Below are positions 12,401 to 27,271 of a stretch of DNA of 64,000 nucleotides, piece after piece. The notes beneath the pieces were generated by a model. It ran no database searches and was not told the origin of the DNA. It worked only from the letters and a program-made list of their open reading frames with translations. Numbering within the stretch: position 1 is the stretch's first letter; every line of letters starts with the position of its first letter. A program made the translations under genes and the position numbers. Source of the DNA: Octopus sinensis (taxonomy: Eukaryota); NCBI RefSeq assembly GCF_006345805.1, contig NC_043019.1, forward strand, positions 19,219,360-19,283,359, read 5' to 3'.

Positions 12401-15400
12401 TATGAAGAACTAATTAGTGTTATGCTTAACTTTTTCTTCCTTTCAGACTCACAACAGCCACCAAAAAGACCTAAACAAGTTGGGGACATGAGTGTACAGA
12501 CTGATGATGCTACTAGCAAACCAAAGATAACGCAGGTAGACAAGCATGGACACGTGTATATCAATGTGAAGGTACCTCCTCACAACTGTACCCTGCAGAC
12601 AGCCAACCCCAACTTAGACAACAGCACTCAAGGTAACTAAACTCTCTTGCATTCAGTTCAGCTATGTGTCTGCCTGCCTATCAATTTGAATGAGTGCCTC
12701 TTTGAGCATCTGACCACCAGCTCAATTAGATATCTGTCTGTCTGTCTATTTACTGGTCTTTGTATCTATCTCTTTATCAGTCTGGTTGCATGTCTAACAG
12801 TCTGTCTCACATATAATTATCTATCACGTGATAATGAAGATGAGGATGTGACTCTGTTTAATTGATTGGCTCTCCATTTCGTTTTTCTTGTCCAGTTTAA
12901 CTCAAAAGAAGTTTAATGTTTGAGGCAGGATCCTTCGTTGGAGGCCCTGAAGCAATGGATTCCATTCAAGAAACTAATTCTGAACTTTTTGTTCTTACTA
13001 TTTGCTGACCATCAGTTGCTTTCTCGTGTCTAGTGCTTACTCTCCCTCTCTCTCTCTCTCTCTTCCACTACAGCCTGACCAACAGGCCTACATCTAACCA
13101 ACAGCCTGTCTTTCTGTCTCTAAGACCTTCTCAATGGCAATGTGCTTATGCCAACAATGGCCGTTCACTTGGTTCACTTGGTACATTAGAAATAATAAAA
13201 ACATTACAATATAGACAAACCACAAACAAACAAACTGCTCAACACAAAACTTGTAAAAATTAGCTGTTTTAGGGAGCAACAACATCCCCTGAGAGGAGAA
13301 CCTAATCTTAAGAAGGGAACCTATTCCTACAAAAGAAAGCCACATCCATACTTTTAGGGAGCAGCAACATCCCCTGAGAGGAGAACCTAATCTTAAGAAG
13401 GGAACCTATTCCTACAAAAGAAAGCCACATCCATACTTTTAGGGAGCAGCAACATCCCCTGAGAGGAGAACTTAATATTAAGAAGGGAACCTATTCCTAC
13501 AAAAGAAAGCCACATCCATACATTTAGAGAGCAACAACATCCCCTGAGAGGAGAACCTAATCTTAAGAAGGGAACCTATTCCTACAAAAGAAAGCCACAT
13601 CCATACTTTTAGGGAGCAGCAACATCCCCTGAGAGGAGAACCTAATCTTAAGAAGGGAGCCTATTCCTACAAAAGAAAGCCACATCCATACTTTTAGGGA
13701 GCAGCAACATCCCCTGAGAGGAAAACCTAATCTTAAGAAGGGAACCTATTCCTACAAAAGAAAGCCACATCCATACATTTAGGGAGCAACAACATCCCCT
13801 GAGAGGAGAACCTAATCTTAAGAAGGGAACCTATTCCTACAAAAGAAAGCCACATCCATACATTTAGAGAGCAACAACATCCCCTGAGAGGAGAACCTAA
13901 TCTTAAGAAGGGAACCTATTCCTACAAAAGAAAGCCACATCCATACATTTAGGGAGCAACAACATCCCCTGAGAGGAGAACCTAATCTTAAGAAGGGAAC
14001 CTATTCCTACAAAAGAAAGCCACATCCATACATTTAGGGAGCAACAACATCCCCTGAGAGGAGAACCTAATCTTAAGAAGGGAACCTATTCCTACAAAAG
14101 AAAGCCACATCCATACATTTAGGGAGCAACAACATCCCCTGAGAGGAGAACCTAATCTTAAGAAGGGAACCTATTCCTACAAAAGAAAGCCACATCCATA
14201 CTTTTAGAGAGCAACAACATCCCCTGAGAGGAGAACCTAATCTTAAGAAGGGAACCTATTCCTACAAAAGAAAGCCACATCCATACATTTAGGGAGCAAC
14301 AACATCCCCTGAGAGGAGAACCTAATCTTAAGAAGGGAACCTATTCCTACAAAAGAAAGCCACATCCATACATTTAGGGAGCAACAACATCCCCTGAGAG
14401 GAGAACCTAATCTTAAGAAGGGAACCTATTCCTACAAAAGAAAGCCACATCCATACATTTAGAGAGCAGCAACATCCCCTGAGAGGAGAACCTAATCTTA
14501 AGAAGGGAACCTATTCCTACAAAAGAAAGCCACATCCATACATTTAGGGAGCAACAACATACCCTGAGAGGAGAACCTAATCTTAAGAAGGGAACCTATT
14601 CCTACAAAAGAAAGCCACATCCATACATTTAGAGAGCAACAACATCCCCTGAGAGGAGAACCTAATCTTAAGAAGGGAACCTATTCCTACAAAAGAAAGC
14701 CACATCCATACATTTAGGGAGCAACAACATCCCCTGAGAGGAGAACCTAATCTTAAGAAGGGAACCTATTCCTACAAAAGAAAGCCACATCCATACATTT
14801 AGGGAGCAACAACATCCCCTGAGAGGAGAACCTAATCTTAAGAAGGGAACCTATTCCTACAAAAGAAAGCCACATCCATACATTTAGGGAGCAACAACAT
14901 CCCCTGAGAGGAGAACCTAATCTTAAGAAGGGAACCTATTCCTACAAAAGAAAGCCACATCCATACATTTAGGGAGCAATAACATCCCCTGAGAGGAGAA
15001 CCTAATCTTAAGAAGGGAACCTATTCCTACAAAAGAAAGCCACATCCATACATTTAGGGAGAAACAACATCCCCTGAGAGGAGAACCTAATCTTAAGAAG
15101 GGAACCTATTCCTACAAAAGAAAGCCACATCCATACTTTTAGGGAGCAACAACATCCCCTGAGAGGAGAACCTAATCTTAAGAAGGGAACTTATTCCTAC
15201 AAAAGAAAGCCACATCCATACTTTTAGGGAGCAGCAACATCCCCTGAGAGGAGAACCTAATCTTAAGAAGGGAACCTATTCTTACAAAAGAAAGCCACAT
15301 CCATACATTTAGAGAGCAGCAGCATCCCCTGAGAGGAGAACCTAATCTTAAGAAGGGAACCTATTCCTACAAAAGAAAGCCACATCCATACATTTAGGGA

Positions 15401-18400
15401 GCAGCAACATCCCCTGAGAGGAGAACCTAATCTTAAGAAGGGAACCTATTCCTACAAAAGAAAGCCACATTCATACTTTTAGGGAGCAGCAACATCCCTG
15501 AGAGGAGAACCTAATCTTAAGAAGGGAACCTATTCCTACAAAAGAAAGCCACATCCATACATTTAGAGAGCAGCAGCATCCCCTGAGAGGAGAACCTAAT
15601 CTTAAGAAGGGAACCTATTCCTACAAAAGAAAGCCACATCCATACATTTAGAGAGCAGCAACATCCCCTGAGAGGAGAACCTAATCTTAAGAAGGGAACC
15701 TATTCCTACAAAAGAAAGCCACATCCATACATTTAGGGAGCAGCAACATCCCCTGAGAGGAGAACCTAATCTTAAGAAGGGAACCTATTCCTACAAAAGA
15801 AAGCCACATCCATACATTTAGAGAGCAGCAACATCCCCTGAGAGGAGAACCTAATCTTAAGAAGGGAACCTATTCCTACAAAAGAAAGCCACATCCATAC
15901 ATTTAGAGAGCAGCAACATCCCCTGAGAGGAGAACCTAATCTTAAGAAGGGAACCTATTCCTACAAAGAAAGCCACATCCATACATTTAGAGAGCAGCAA
16001 CATCCCCTGAGAGGAGAACCTAATCTTAAGAAGGGAACCTATTCCTACAAAAGAAAGCCACATCCATACATTTAGGGAGCAGCAACATCCCCTGAGAGGA
16101 GAACCTAATCTTAAGAAGGGAACCTATTCCTACAAAAGAAAGCCACATCCATACATTTAGAGAGCAGCAACATCCCCTGAGAGGAGAACCTAATCTTAAG
16201 AAGGGAACCTATTCCTACAAAAGAAAGCCACATTCATACTTTTAGGGAGCAGCAACATCCCCTGAGAGGAGAACCTAATCTTAAGAAGGGAACCTATTCC
16301 TACAAAAGAAAGCCACATCCATACATTTAGAGAGCAGCAGCATCCCCTGAGAGGAGAACCTAATCTTAAGAAGGGAACCTATTCCTACAAAAGAAAGCCA
16401 CATCCATACATTTAGAGAGCAGCAACATCCCCTGAGAGGAGAACCTAATCTTAAGAAGGGAACCTATTCCTACAAAAGAAAGCCACATCCATACATTTAG
16501 GGAGCAGCAACATCCCCTGAGAGGAGAACCTAATCTTAAGAAGGGAACCTATTCCTACAAAAGAAAGCCACATCCATACATTTAGAGAGCAGCAACATCC
16601 CCTGAGAGGAGAACCTAATCTTAAGAAGGGAACCTATTCCTACAAAAGAAAGCCACATCCATACATTTAGAGAGCAGCAACATCCCCTGAGAGGAGAACC
16701 TAATCTTAAGAAGGGAACCTATTCCTACAAAAGAAAGCCACATCCATACATTTAGAGAGCAGCAACATCCCCTGAGAGGAGAACCTAATCTTAAGAAGGG
16801 AACCTATTCCTACAAAAGAAAGCCACATCCATACATTTAGGGAGCAGCAACATCCCCTGAGAGGAGAACCTAATCTTAAGAAGGGAACCTATTCCTACAA
16901 AAGAAAGCCACATCCATACATTTAGAGAGCAGCAACATCCCCTGAGAGGAGAACCTAATCTTAAGAAGGGAACCTATTCCTACAAAACAATACCCCTCTG
17001 AGGGTTCCCCAGAGCCGACCGTGTATCTCTTCCAGGTGGTGCTATTAAATTAGACATGGCCTGAGTCAACTTTGGCTGAAACTTATCCAAGTAATCTAAT
17101 CTATGCTGTAACCTTTTAATCAAAGCCTGACAACGTGGGTAGAGGCTGATATCTTAACATTTCTGGTCTTAAGTATAAAAAAAATTATTAAAGATTTATA
17201 TAGAACTACATTCAGAGTATGTCTATAAGCTATTGTGTTTAGACCTGGTTTCTATCCTCAAACTGTTCCATTTTGTAGATGCAATTTAAAAAAATTTTTT
17301 TTTTTTATAAAGAACTCCAAAATTAGAAAAATCAAAAATCTGCAACAATCTCGGTCCCATGAGGATTGGATAATGGATTTTCAACAGTGTAAAGAAACTG
17401 ATTGTGGTGATCGTAGTTTTGACAGTGATTGTGGTGAAAGCAGAGACAGTGTTGATGATGACGATGGTTGAGATAAGTATGGGAGGAGGATAAAATAGTA
17501 CGGGGGGGGGGGTTATAATGGTGACAGGAGCGGTGTGATGTGAGGTGGAAACGAGCTGCTTGGCGGAGGTCTGCGCTCTCAGAGTGCTTTTCCAGTTCTT
17601 TCATTTATCTAATTCTGTCACAGATTGGCTGACCAGAAACTGTTGGTTATAGCTCTAGTTAAGAATGCAAATGTCCAATTCTATCTCATTATTATTATTG
17701 TTGTTGTTGTTATTCTTTTACAGTGGCAGCCAGAGTGTTTGTGGGTTTGTAGTGCACCCCCCCCACCACCTATACCACTCCCATTCTTACTTAGGGTTTA
17801 TCTCCTTTGGAATGTAGTGATTATGTAATGTATACAGGTTGAAGGCTATTCTATGTTTATGAGTTCTACCAAATGCAAGCTTGGGTCTTGCAGGCCCACA
17901 CCTTCCACACCCTCAGAGTTGGCACACTTAATATTGGCACATTGAACGGTAGGTCGGGTGAGATTGTTGAGATGCTTGAATGGAGATGTGTAGATTTGTG
18001 CTGCATCCAAGAAGTAAGGTGGAGCGGAAGTTCTGCTAGGTTCCTCACAGGCAAAGAACATAGGTATAAAATTTTCTGGGTAAGGAACACTGATGGGGTT
18101 GGGGGCGTGGGTATACTTCTTGCAGAGAAATGGCTTGATAAGGTAATCAAGGTAGTCAGAGTCTGTGATAGAATCAGCAACCATTATCTCAGCTTATGGC
18201 CCTCAGGCAGGGCTACCTGATGAACAGAAAGACCGATTTTATGACACCCTCTTGCAGACTACCATGTCGACGAATGACAGGGACCTTCTCTTTGTGGCTG
18301 GCAACTTCAATGGGCATGTTGGACAACATGTAGGGAGTGTCCCTGGTGTACATGGTGAGTATGGATTTGGTTCAGGCTGCAGGAGTTCTGTGATGCAAAT

Positions 18401-21400
18401 GATCTTTTGCTCTGTAATACTAACTTCAGGAAGCCTGCCAGTCACCTGTTCACCTACCAGTCTGGTGGGTACACAAATCAGATTGAATACATTCTCGCCG
18501 AGAAATGAGAAAGAGGGTTACTTATAAATGCCAAAACATTCCCAAGTGAAGAATACAGCCCACAGCATAGGTTAGTAGTTAGCGACTTCAGGATCAGGGC
18601 TAAATGACTGTGGAAGCTTAAGGATTCTGTGAATGGACAGAGATTTAGAGAGGTATTACTTGAAGCTTTTGATGAAAAAGAGAAAGATATAGCATCCTGT
18701 TGAGGGCCACTGACCAGATCTGTGGCTGGTGCAAAGTCCCCTCTTGACCTAAGGTAACATGGTGGTGGAACAATGTAGTTGACAGGGCCATTAGGGAAAA
18801 GAAACAGGCCTGGAAGGACAGGAAGAATGGTGGTAGCAGGGAACTGTATCAGATTGCCAGAAGGGAAGCTAGGAGACAAGTTTATTTAGTCAGAGGGGAA
18901 GCAGATAAGAAAAATTTGCCAATGTTCTGTGTTGTGAGGGCCAGGGACTTGAAGTGTTTCATGTTGCAAGACAGTATGTAAAAGATAACCGTGATGTCGA
19001 GAAATGTGTCTTCATGGATGATGGCTCACTTGCATTTAATGAGGCTGCAAAGAGAGAGACCTGGAGACACCACTATGAAGAATTGCTAAATGAAGAGAAT
19101 GAATGGGAGAAAGAAAGTCTACCAAATGTTGATCCAACAGAGGAACCAGCTATCCAAATTGACAGTACCTTGGTAGATAAAGCAATTAAGGGTATGAATG
19201 GTTAGTGAGAGCTGTACAAGCCATGTACAGGGATGCTGTCAGTAAGGTGAGGGTTGGCAGTGAGTATAGTGAAGAATTCCGGGTAGGAGCAGGGGCTCAC
19301 CAAGGATTATTCCTCAGCCCCCTCTTATTCATCATAGTCCTCCAGGCAATAACAGAGGAATTCAAGACAGGATGTCCCTGAGAGCTCCTCAATACTGATG
19401 ATCTTGCTCTAATAGCTGAGTCACTATCAGAACTAGAGGAAAAGTTTCAGGTGTGAAGCAAGGTCTAGAATCAAAGGGCCTTAGAGTCAATCTAGCAAAA
19501 ACCAAAGTCTTAGTAAGCAAGAAGGCAGACAAATCACAAATCCCTTCAGGTAGATGGCCCTGCTTGATCTGTGGAAGTGGCGTAGGTAGAAACTCCATAA
19601 GATGTACTCCATGTAAACTATGGATAAATAAGAGGTGCAGGCTAACTGAGAAGATAGTTTTTGTGTGTGGCAGATGCACAGGAGTAATGAACACCGAAGA
19701 TGTACAGAAAACAGATCCCATCACATGCTAAGGGGAAAAACTACAAGTAGCTGATAGCTTCTGTTATGTAGGTGACCAAGTCAGTAGCTGGAGTGGATGC
19801 TCTGAGAGCATAGCTGCTAGAATAAGAATAGCCTGGACAAAGTTCAGAGAGCTGTTACCTCTGTTGGTTACAAAGGGCTGTCACTCAGAGTGAAAGGTAG
19901 ACTGTATGATGCATGTGTGCAAACTGCCATGCTATGCAGCAGTGAAACATGGGCTGTGACTGTTGAGGACTGTGTAAGCTGGCAAGAAATGACGCTAGTA
20001 TGCTCCGCTGGATGTATGATGTCAGTGTGCATACACTGACATTACACATCCAGCAGAGTGTAAGCACCCTGAGAGAAAAGTTGGACATAAGAAGCATCAG
20101 GTGTGGTGAGCAAGAGAGACAATTGCACTGGTATGGTCATGTGTTGTGTATAGATGAGGACAGCTGTGTGAAAAAGTGTCACACGCTAACAGTAGAGAGA
20201 ACTTGTCAAGGAGGTAGACCCAGGAGGACCTGGAATGAGGTAATGAAGTTTGACCTTCGAACATTGAGCCTCACGGAGGCAATGACAAGTGACCAAAACC
20301 TTTGGAGACATGCTGTGCTTGAGAAGACCTGGCAAGCCAAGTGAGACCATAACCATGGCCTATGCCAGTGTTGCCCATTTAAGACTATTCTTCAATCATT
20401 GGGCAAGATACTGTGCTTGAGAAGACCTGTTGAGTCAAGTGAAATCATTGTCATGGCCAATGTCAGTACCGTCTGCCAGTAGCACATAAAAGGCACTATT
20501 TGAGCGTGTTGGTACCAGTCCCGCTGGACTGGCTCCCATGCAAAAAGTACCATAGAACGTGGTCAATGTCAGTGCTGCCTGACTGGCTCCCATGCCAGTG
20601 GCACGTAAAAAGCACCACTTGAGTGTGGCCAATGCCAGTGCCACCTGACTGGCTCCTGTACTGGTGGTATGTAAAAAGCACCCACTATGCTCTCGGAGTG
20701 GTTGGTGTTACAGAGGGCGTCCAGCTGTAGAAACCTTGCCAGATCAGATTGGAACTTTTTGCAGCCTCCCGGCTTGCCAGTCCTCAGTCAAACCATCCAA
20801 CCCATGCCAGCATGGAAAGTGGATGTTAAACGATGATGATGATGATGATGATACACACACACACACAAACACACACATACACATGTATATATATACATGC
20901 ACATATAATGGTTTAATGATGAACTAATCAGTGCTATGTTTGATCTTTAATTTCAGCCAACCAAAGGCAATCGAGACCAGCTACATTTAATAACGATGTA
21001 GGTATGCAGACCCGTAATACACCTGTTGATGATTCAAAGATGATGCCGGCTAAAAATCAGTATTATGTACTCCCAGATGGTAAACCTGTCTGTATTACTT
21101 TGAACACACCTTCTCACACCTGTCAACAAGCAGCAACACAACCCAACTCCATTGGCAAAACTTCAGGTAACTAACAAAAACTACTACTGTGTGATTAGGT
21201 CAGATTGCTCATCTAATCCTCTGATTACACTGGTCAACAAGTATTTTTCATCAAGCACGTGTCATGGTGTACTTAGTGTAGTTTTTAATGCTGATTTCAA
21301 ATATACAATTAGATTTTTGACATCATGTACAGTTTTCAAGATGAGAAAGCTTTTTGGTTTTAGCTCATTCCAATTAATGAGGTGTATGCATGCATTTCAT

Positions 21401-24400
21401 TCACATCACGAAAACATACCTTTAAAATAAACTACACTATTCATTGCTGCATAGTTCAGATGCAATATTTCATCATCTTAAATTAACCAATCAAATTTTG
21501 TCTGATGAAAATAGGTATTTCAACATCTCAAATCGTCCAGTCATAATTGGTCTGATGAAATATTTTATCATCTCAAATTTGTATCTATTTCCTTACCTGT
21601 TTACTGTGTCAAGACAGTGTAGAAATCAGCCTGATGTGTTTTGTTATGTCTGTGGATAATTTATTGTGAAAGCTCAAAAACCGTACAATAACACCAAAGA
21701 TCAAGAAGATTTATAAGCTACACTTTGACTGTCCTCTTGGAGAAGAGGACAAATTATAGGCACCACATTTTATCTGCTCAGCTTGCTCAAATGACTTACA
21801 TGACTGGTTCAATAATAATAAGAAGTCCATGGCTTTTGCCATTCTAATGATATGGAAGGAGCCAAAAGACCATTTTAATGACTTATTTTTGCAAAATAAA
21901 TGTCACAATATTTTCTATGAAGAATAAACACAAAATTGTGTATCCCGAGTTGGATTCTGCAAAGAGACCTGTGGCTCACAATGGAAGTCTGCCAACTCCA
22001 GTTCCACCAGATGATGGTATTGAAACATCAGATGATGCTGCTGACTGTCATGATAGTGCTGCTGAGGAAGATCATGTGGCTGATGATGATAGCTTTGAAC
22101 CTCAGAAATTTTCCCAAGCTGAACTTGTCACAGACCTATCCCTCTCAAAGTATAAAGCAGAACTGCTGGCATCAAGACTGAAGGACAAGTATCTGCTGCA
22201 GCACGGTGTTCGTTTAACTTATTTTCAGCAGAGAAATGTCGTTCTACAAATGTGTTTTTCTGTTGAAGGCCTGCTTTGCTTTTGCATTTGAATGTTTATC
22301 ACAAAATCACGATCCTGCAGAGCAGCGTTTGTTAATCAACTCTTCAAAATGAAGTTTAAAAGCTGTACTTCTCCAAAATGGTAATTTGAAGCCCTCCATG
22401 CCGATTGCACACTGCGTTCGTCTTCATAAATCATATGAGAATATGGAACATTTACTTCATGCCATTGATTATGAAAGATACTCATGGAAAATACGTGGAG
22501 ATTTAAAAGTCATTGCAATGTTAATGGGAATGTAGTCAGGTTTTACAAAATACTGTTGTTTCTTGTGCCTGTGGGATAGTCGAGCAACTGACAGACATTA
22601 TTCGGAATCAAACTAGCAGACAAGAACATCATACCAGCCAGGACTGACTAGCATCAAGAATACACCTCTTGTAGCTCCATGTAATGTCCTATTGCCTCCT
22701 CTGTACATAAAGCTTGGACTGATGAAACAGTTTGTAAAGACACTAGGGAAGAGAAATGCCAGAGGGTTTGAATATATTGTAGAAAAGTTTCCCAAAATCA
22801 CATAGATGAAGTTGAAAGAGGGTATCTTTGTTGGACCCCAAATTAGATGAGTAATCAAAGATGTCAACTTCAAGACAACACTGGATGAACTGGAACAGCC
22901 TGCCTGGAATGCTTTCAGTTGGATCTGTGAGAATTTCTTGGGCAACAAGAAGGCAATGGATTACATGGGTGGCACCAAGAATCTTCTGAAATATTACTCA
23001 CAATGGATTGTCACATGTCACTGAAAGTTCACCTCTTGGACTCCCATCTGGATTTTTTCGCAGACAACCTTGGAGCAGTGTCTGATGAACACGGGGAAAG
23101 ATTTCACCAAGATATTAATGCTATGGAAAAACAGTACCAACACTTCTGGAATGACAATATGCTGGTTGACTACTACTGGTCACTTTACTGTGATCAACCA
23201 AATCAGGAACATTGCGGGAAATCTAAATAACAATGTTTTTAACTCTGTTATTCTAACTTTGTCGGTTTGTCTGACCCATTTTTTGTGTATTCACTCTTTG
23301 TAGAATGAGAGTGAGGATTTTTAACTCAATAAACTCATTTACTTTCTAAAAATAATATGTCCTTATTTATTACGTTAATGATTTCATACACAAAAATATA
23401 TAAATATTTGCAGGTATCTACTGAAAAACTGATATATGTTGCATACAAATGGAGAGAGGTTTTGAAATCAGCTTGAGAAATTAGTCTAAAGAAGTTGGTC
23501 TGCATTCGTAACGAGTTTAATACATTTAATTTTGTTGGCCAGTGTTATCAGACTAATTGCTTGTCTGTCTGTTTGATCATCTGACTTCCCTTTTACCTGC
23601 CTACTTCACTGTTTAGCTATCTAATTACCTGTCTAGCAATCTGCCTTCTAGACAATGCCTGCCTCTACCTGTCTCCAAGAGCCTGTGTTTTATTGTCTGT
23701 GTGATTGATAGCTTACACCCACATTGGGGGCCTTCTGAAAGGAATTCTGAGAGTAATGAAAAGCATTTCAAATGGACTATGAAAATAGGAAACTTCCCAA
23801 CATAAATACTGTAGAAATCAGTTTATTTAGGGATAAATAATCTTTATTAAGGATTATATCATTAAAGACAAAAAAATAACCTGTACACACACTCCAAACC
23901 TCCAGCATTAACAACACATATGCCTGCAAACAACTCATACATGGGACACATGTGTACACAGGGTAGTTACGCAATATGTACAACTCACATACATGTGTAC
24001 ACACACATACAAGATACGCATACATGCATTCAGACCACACATACATAGCACAAACACAGCAACTGCAAACACGAACAAGTTTGGCACAAATACATTGCAC
24101 ACACACACACACACACACATGAAATAATCATTAAAAACTCGATATTTATGCAGAAAAGAAGAGCAGCAAAGGTGATGCAGGCCGAAATACCTGAGCAGTG
24201 ATCTGACTGCTGACCACTGATGGACATCTGCCACTTAAAGTGATGATTCCATTCTACCCCGGGTGCCCACAGTTCACATTGTCTATCTACACAGTATGGA
24301 GTCAGTTCCTTTTCTGCATAACAAACGAAGCCATTCCTCTCAGACTAGCAGAGTCGTCTCTTCTTTTCAGTTGACTAAAACTTTGGTTTATGTCAAGTTG

Positions 24401-27232
24401 ATTCTAGGTTTTGCTTCCAGGTCTGGAAATTCTTGTCTATGTCTGCTCCAAGGAGTAGGCTATCAGCATGTAGGAGTGGCCATCCGACTGCTGGTCTTAA
24501 TCTTCTCTGCAATGGGAGATTCAGTGTCTGTCCTCTGCATGTGAAAGGAAATGTTCTCTTACTTAATGATGGTCAAGAGGTTCATGCAGAGGATCATGTT
24601 TTCCTCTAACCATCCGACTATCATGTGTGTAGCATTGGCATGGTAACGGCTACTCTCCCCCCTCCCTTCCTCTCTCTCTCAATCCAGCCTGTTTGTCTAC
24701 TCTTGTAACTTCTTACTTTCTAACTTCGTTTCCTCTCCTTCCCGTTCTCTCTGACTGACTCTCCCTCACACTCTATGTTTTTGTTTTCCAGTGAGACTCT
24801 CCAATTGTCTGTCAGTTTGGATGTGCAGCTGACCGGCTCTTTCCTGCTGGCCCTTTGTTTACCTCTGTTTGCCTCTACAACAGCCTGTCTTTCTCTCTCT
24901 CTCCCTCTCTTCCACTACAGCCTGACCAACAGGCCTACATCTAACCAACAGCCTGTCTTTCTGTCTCTAAGACCTTCTCAATGGCAATGTGCTTATGCCA
25001 ACAATGGCCGTTCACTTGGTTCACTTGGTACATTAGAAATAATAAAAACATTACAATATAGACAAACCACAAACAAGCAAACTGCTCAACACAAAACTTG
25101 TAAAAATTAGCTGTTTTAGGGAGCAACAACATCCCCTGAGAGGAGAACCTAATCTTAAGAAGGGAACCTATCCCTACAAAAGAAAGCCACATCCATACAT
25201 TTAGGGAGCAGCAACATCCCCTGAGAGGAGAACCTAATCTTAAGAAGGGAACCTATTCCTACAAAAGAAAGCCACATCCATACTTTTAGGGAGCAGCAAC
25301 ATCCCCTGAGAGGAGAACCTAATCTTAAGAAGGGAACCTATCCCTACAAAAGAAAGCCACATCCATACATTTAGGGAGCAGCAACATCCCCTGAGAGGAG
25401 AACCTAATCTTAAGAAGGGAACCTATTCCTACAAAAGAAAGCCACATCCATACTTTTAGGGAGCAGCAACATCCCCTGAGAGGAGAACCTAATCTTAAGA
25501 AGGGAACCTATTCCTACAAAAGAAAGCCACATCCATATTTTTAGGGAGCAGCAACATCCCCTGAGAGGAGAACCTAATCTTAAGAAGGGAACCTATTCCT
25601 ACAAAAGAAAGCCACATCCATACTTTTAGAGAGCAACAACATCCCCTGAGAGGAGAACCTAATCTTAAGAAGGGAACCTATTCCTACAAAAGAAAGCCAC
25701 ATCCATACATTTAGGGAGCAACAACATCCCCTGAGAGGAGAACCTAATCTTAAGAAGGGAACCTATTCCTACAAAAGAAAGCCACATCCATACTTTTAGA
25801 GAGCAGCAACATCCCCTGAGAGGAGAACCTAATCTTAAGAAGGGAACCTATTCCTACAAAAGAAAGCCACATCCATACATTTAGAGAGCAGCAACATCCC
25901 CTGAGAGGAGAACCTAATCTTAAGAAGGGAACCTATTCCTACAAAAGAAAGCCACATCCATACTTTTAGAGAGCAACAACATCCCCTGAGAGGAGAACCT
26001 AATCTTAAGAAGGGAACCTATTCCTACAAAAGAAAGCCACATCCATACATTAGGGAGCAACAACATCCCCTGAGAGGAGAACCTAATCTTAAGAAGGGAA
26101 CCTATTCCTACAAAAGAAAGCCACATCCATACATTTAGGGAGCAACAACATCCCCTGAGAGGAGAACCTAATCTTAAGAAGGGAACCTATTCCTACAAAA
26201 GAAAGCCACATCCATACATTTAGAGAGCAGCAACATCCCCTGAGAGGAGAACCTAATCTTAAGAAGGGAACCTATTCCTACGAAAGAAAGCCACATCCAT
26301 ACTTTTAGGGAGCAGCAACATCCCCTGAGAGGAGAACCTAATCTTAAGAAGGGAACCTATTCCTACGAAAGAAAGCCACATCCATACTTTTAGGGAGCAG
26401 CAACATCCCCTGAGAGGAGAACCTAATCTTAAGAAGGGAACCTATTCCTACAAAAGAAAGCCACATCCATACTTTTAGAGAGCAACAACATCCCCTGAGA
26501 GGAGAACCTAATCTTAAGAAGGGAACCTATTCCTACAAAAGAAAGCCACATCCATACTTTTAGGGAGCAACAACATCCCCTGAGAGGAGAACCTAATCTT
26601 AAGAAGGGAACCTATTCCTACAAAAGAAAGCCACATCCATACTTTTAGGGAGCAGCAACATCCCCTGAGAGGAGAACCTAATCTTAAGAAGGGAACCTAT
26701 TCCTACAAAAGAAAGCCACATCCATACTTTTAGGGAGCAACAACATCCCCTGAGAGGAGAACCTAATCTTAAGAAGGGAACCTATTCCTACAAAAGAAAG
26801 CCACATCCATACTTTTAGGGACTGGTTTCTCTTTTCCTGCTCTCCAAATGCCAGTTCAATTCATAGAGCAGAATACTTGAATATTTTAGAAATACAAACA
26901 AGCCACATCGATTTATGCCTCTCCAGGACATTGTTTTATGCTCCATATTTTGCTTCCCACCACCCAGACGAGATTTGGGTCAAGAGTATTATCTAGGGTG
27001 GGGAAACAACCAGTATTGTATTGCTAAAAATAATATTGTGGTCAACGTGTTCCATAATGGCATCACATCTGAAAGAATTTGGTTAGAGTTCTAAAGTGAA
27101 CTTCTTAAATACACAGCTGTACCTGCACGTGTAGCAATATGTGTATGTGTGTGTGCACGTGTATATGAACATGCATATACATACATACATACATACACAC
27201 ACATACATATGTATACATACATATACACACAC

Positions 27233-27271
<39 letters not shown>

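Noticed and set aside
13267-16987. CRISPR array or hammerhead repeat (CTGAGAG...GAAAG) in the 85-bp satellite
   Set aside because: There are no unique spacers or cas genes. CTGAGAG does not fit CUGANGA and no closing stems form. The unit is not 3n, so the repeated MWLSFVGIG ORFs are artefacts.
21050-21110. Actin or Hsp70 similarity of YVLPDGxPVxI
   Set aside because: Only a short hairpin-turn resemblance; nothing else of those folds is present.
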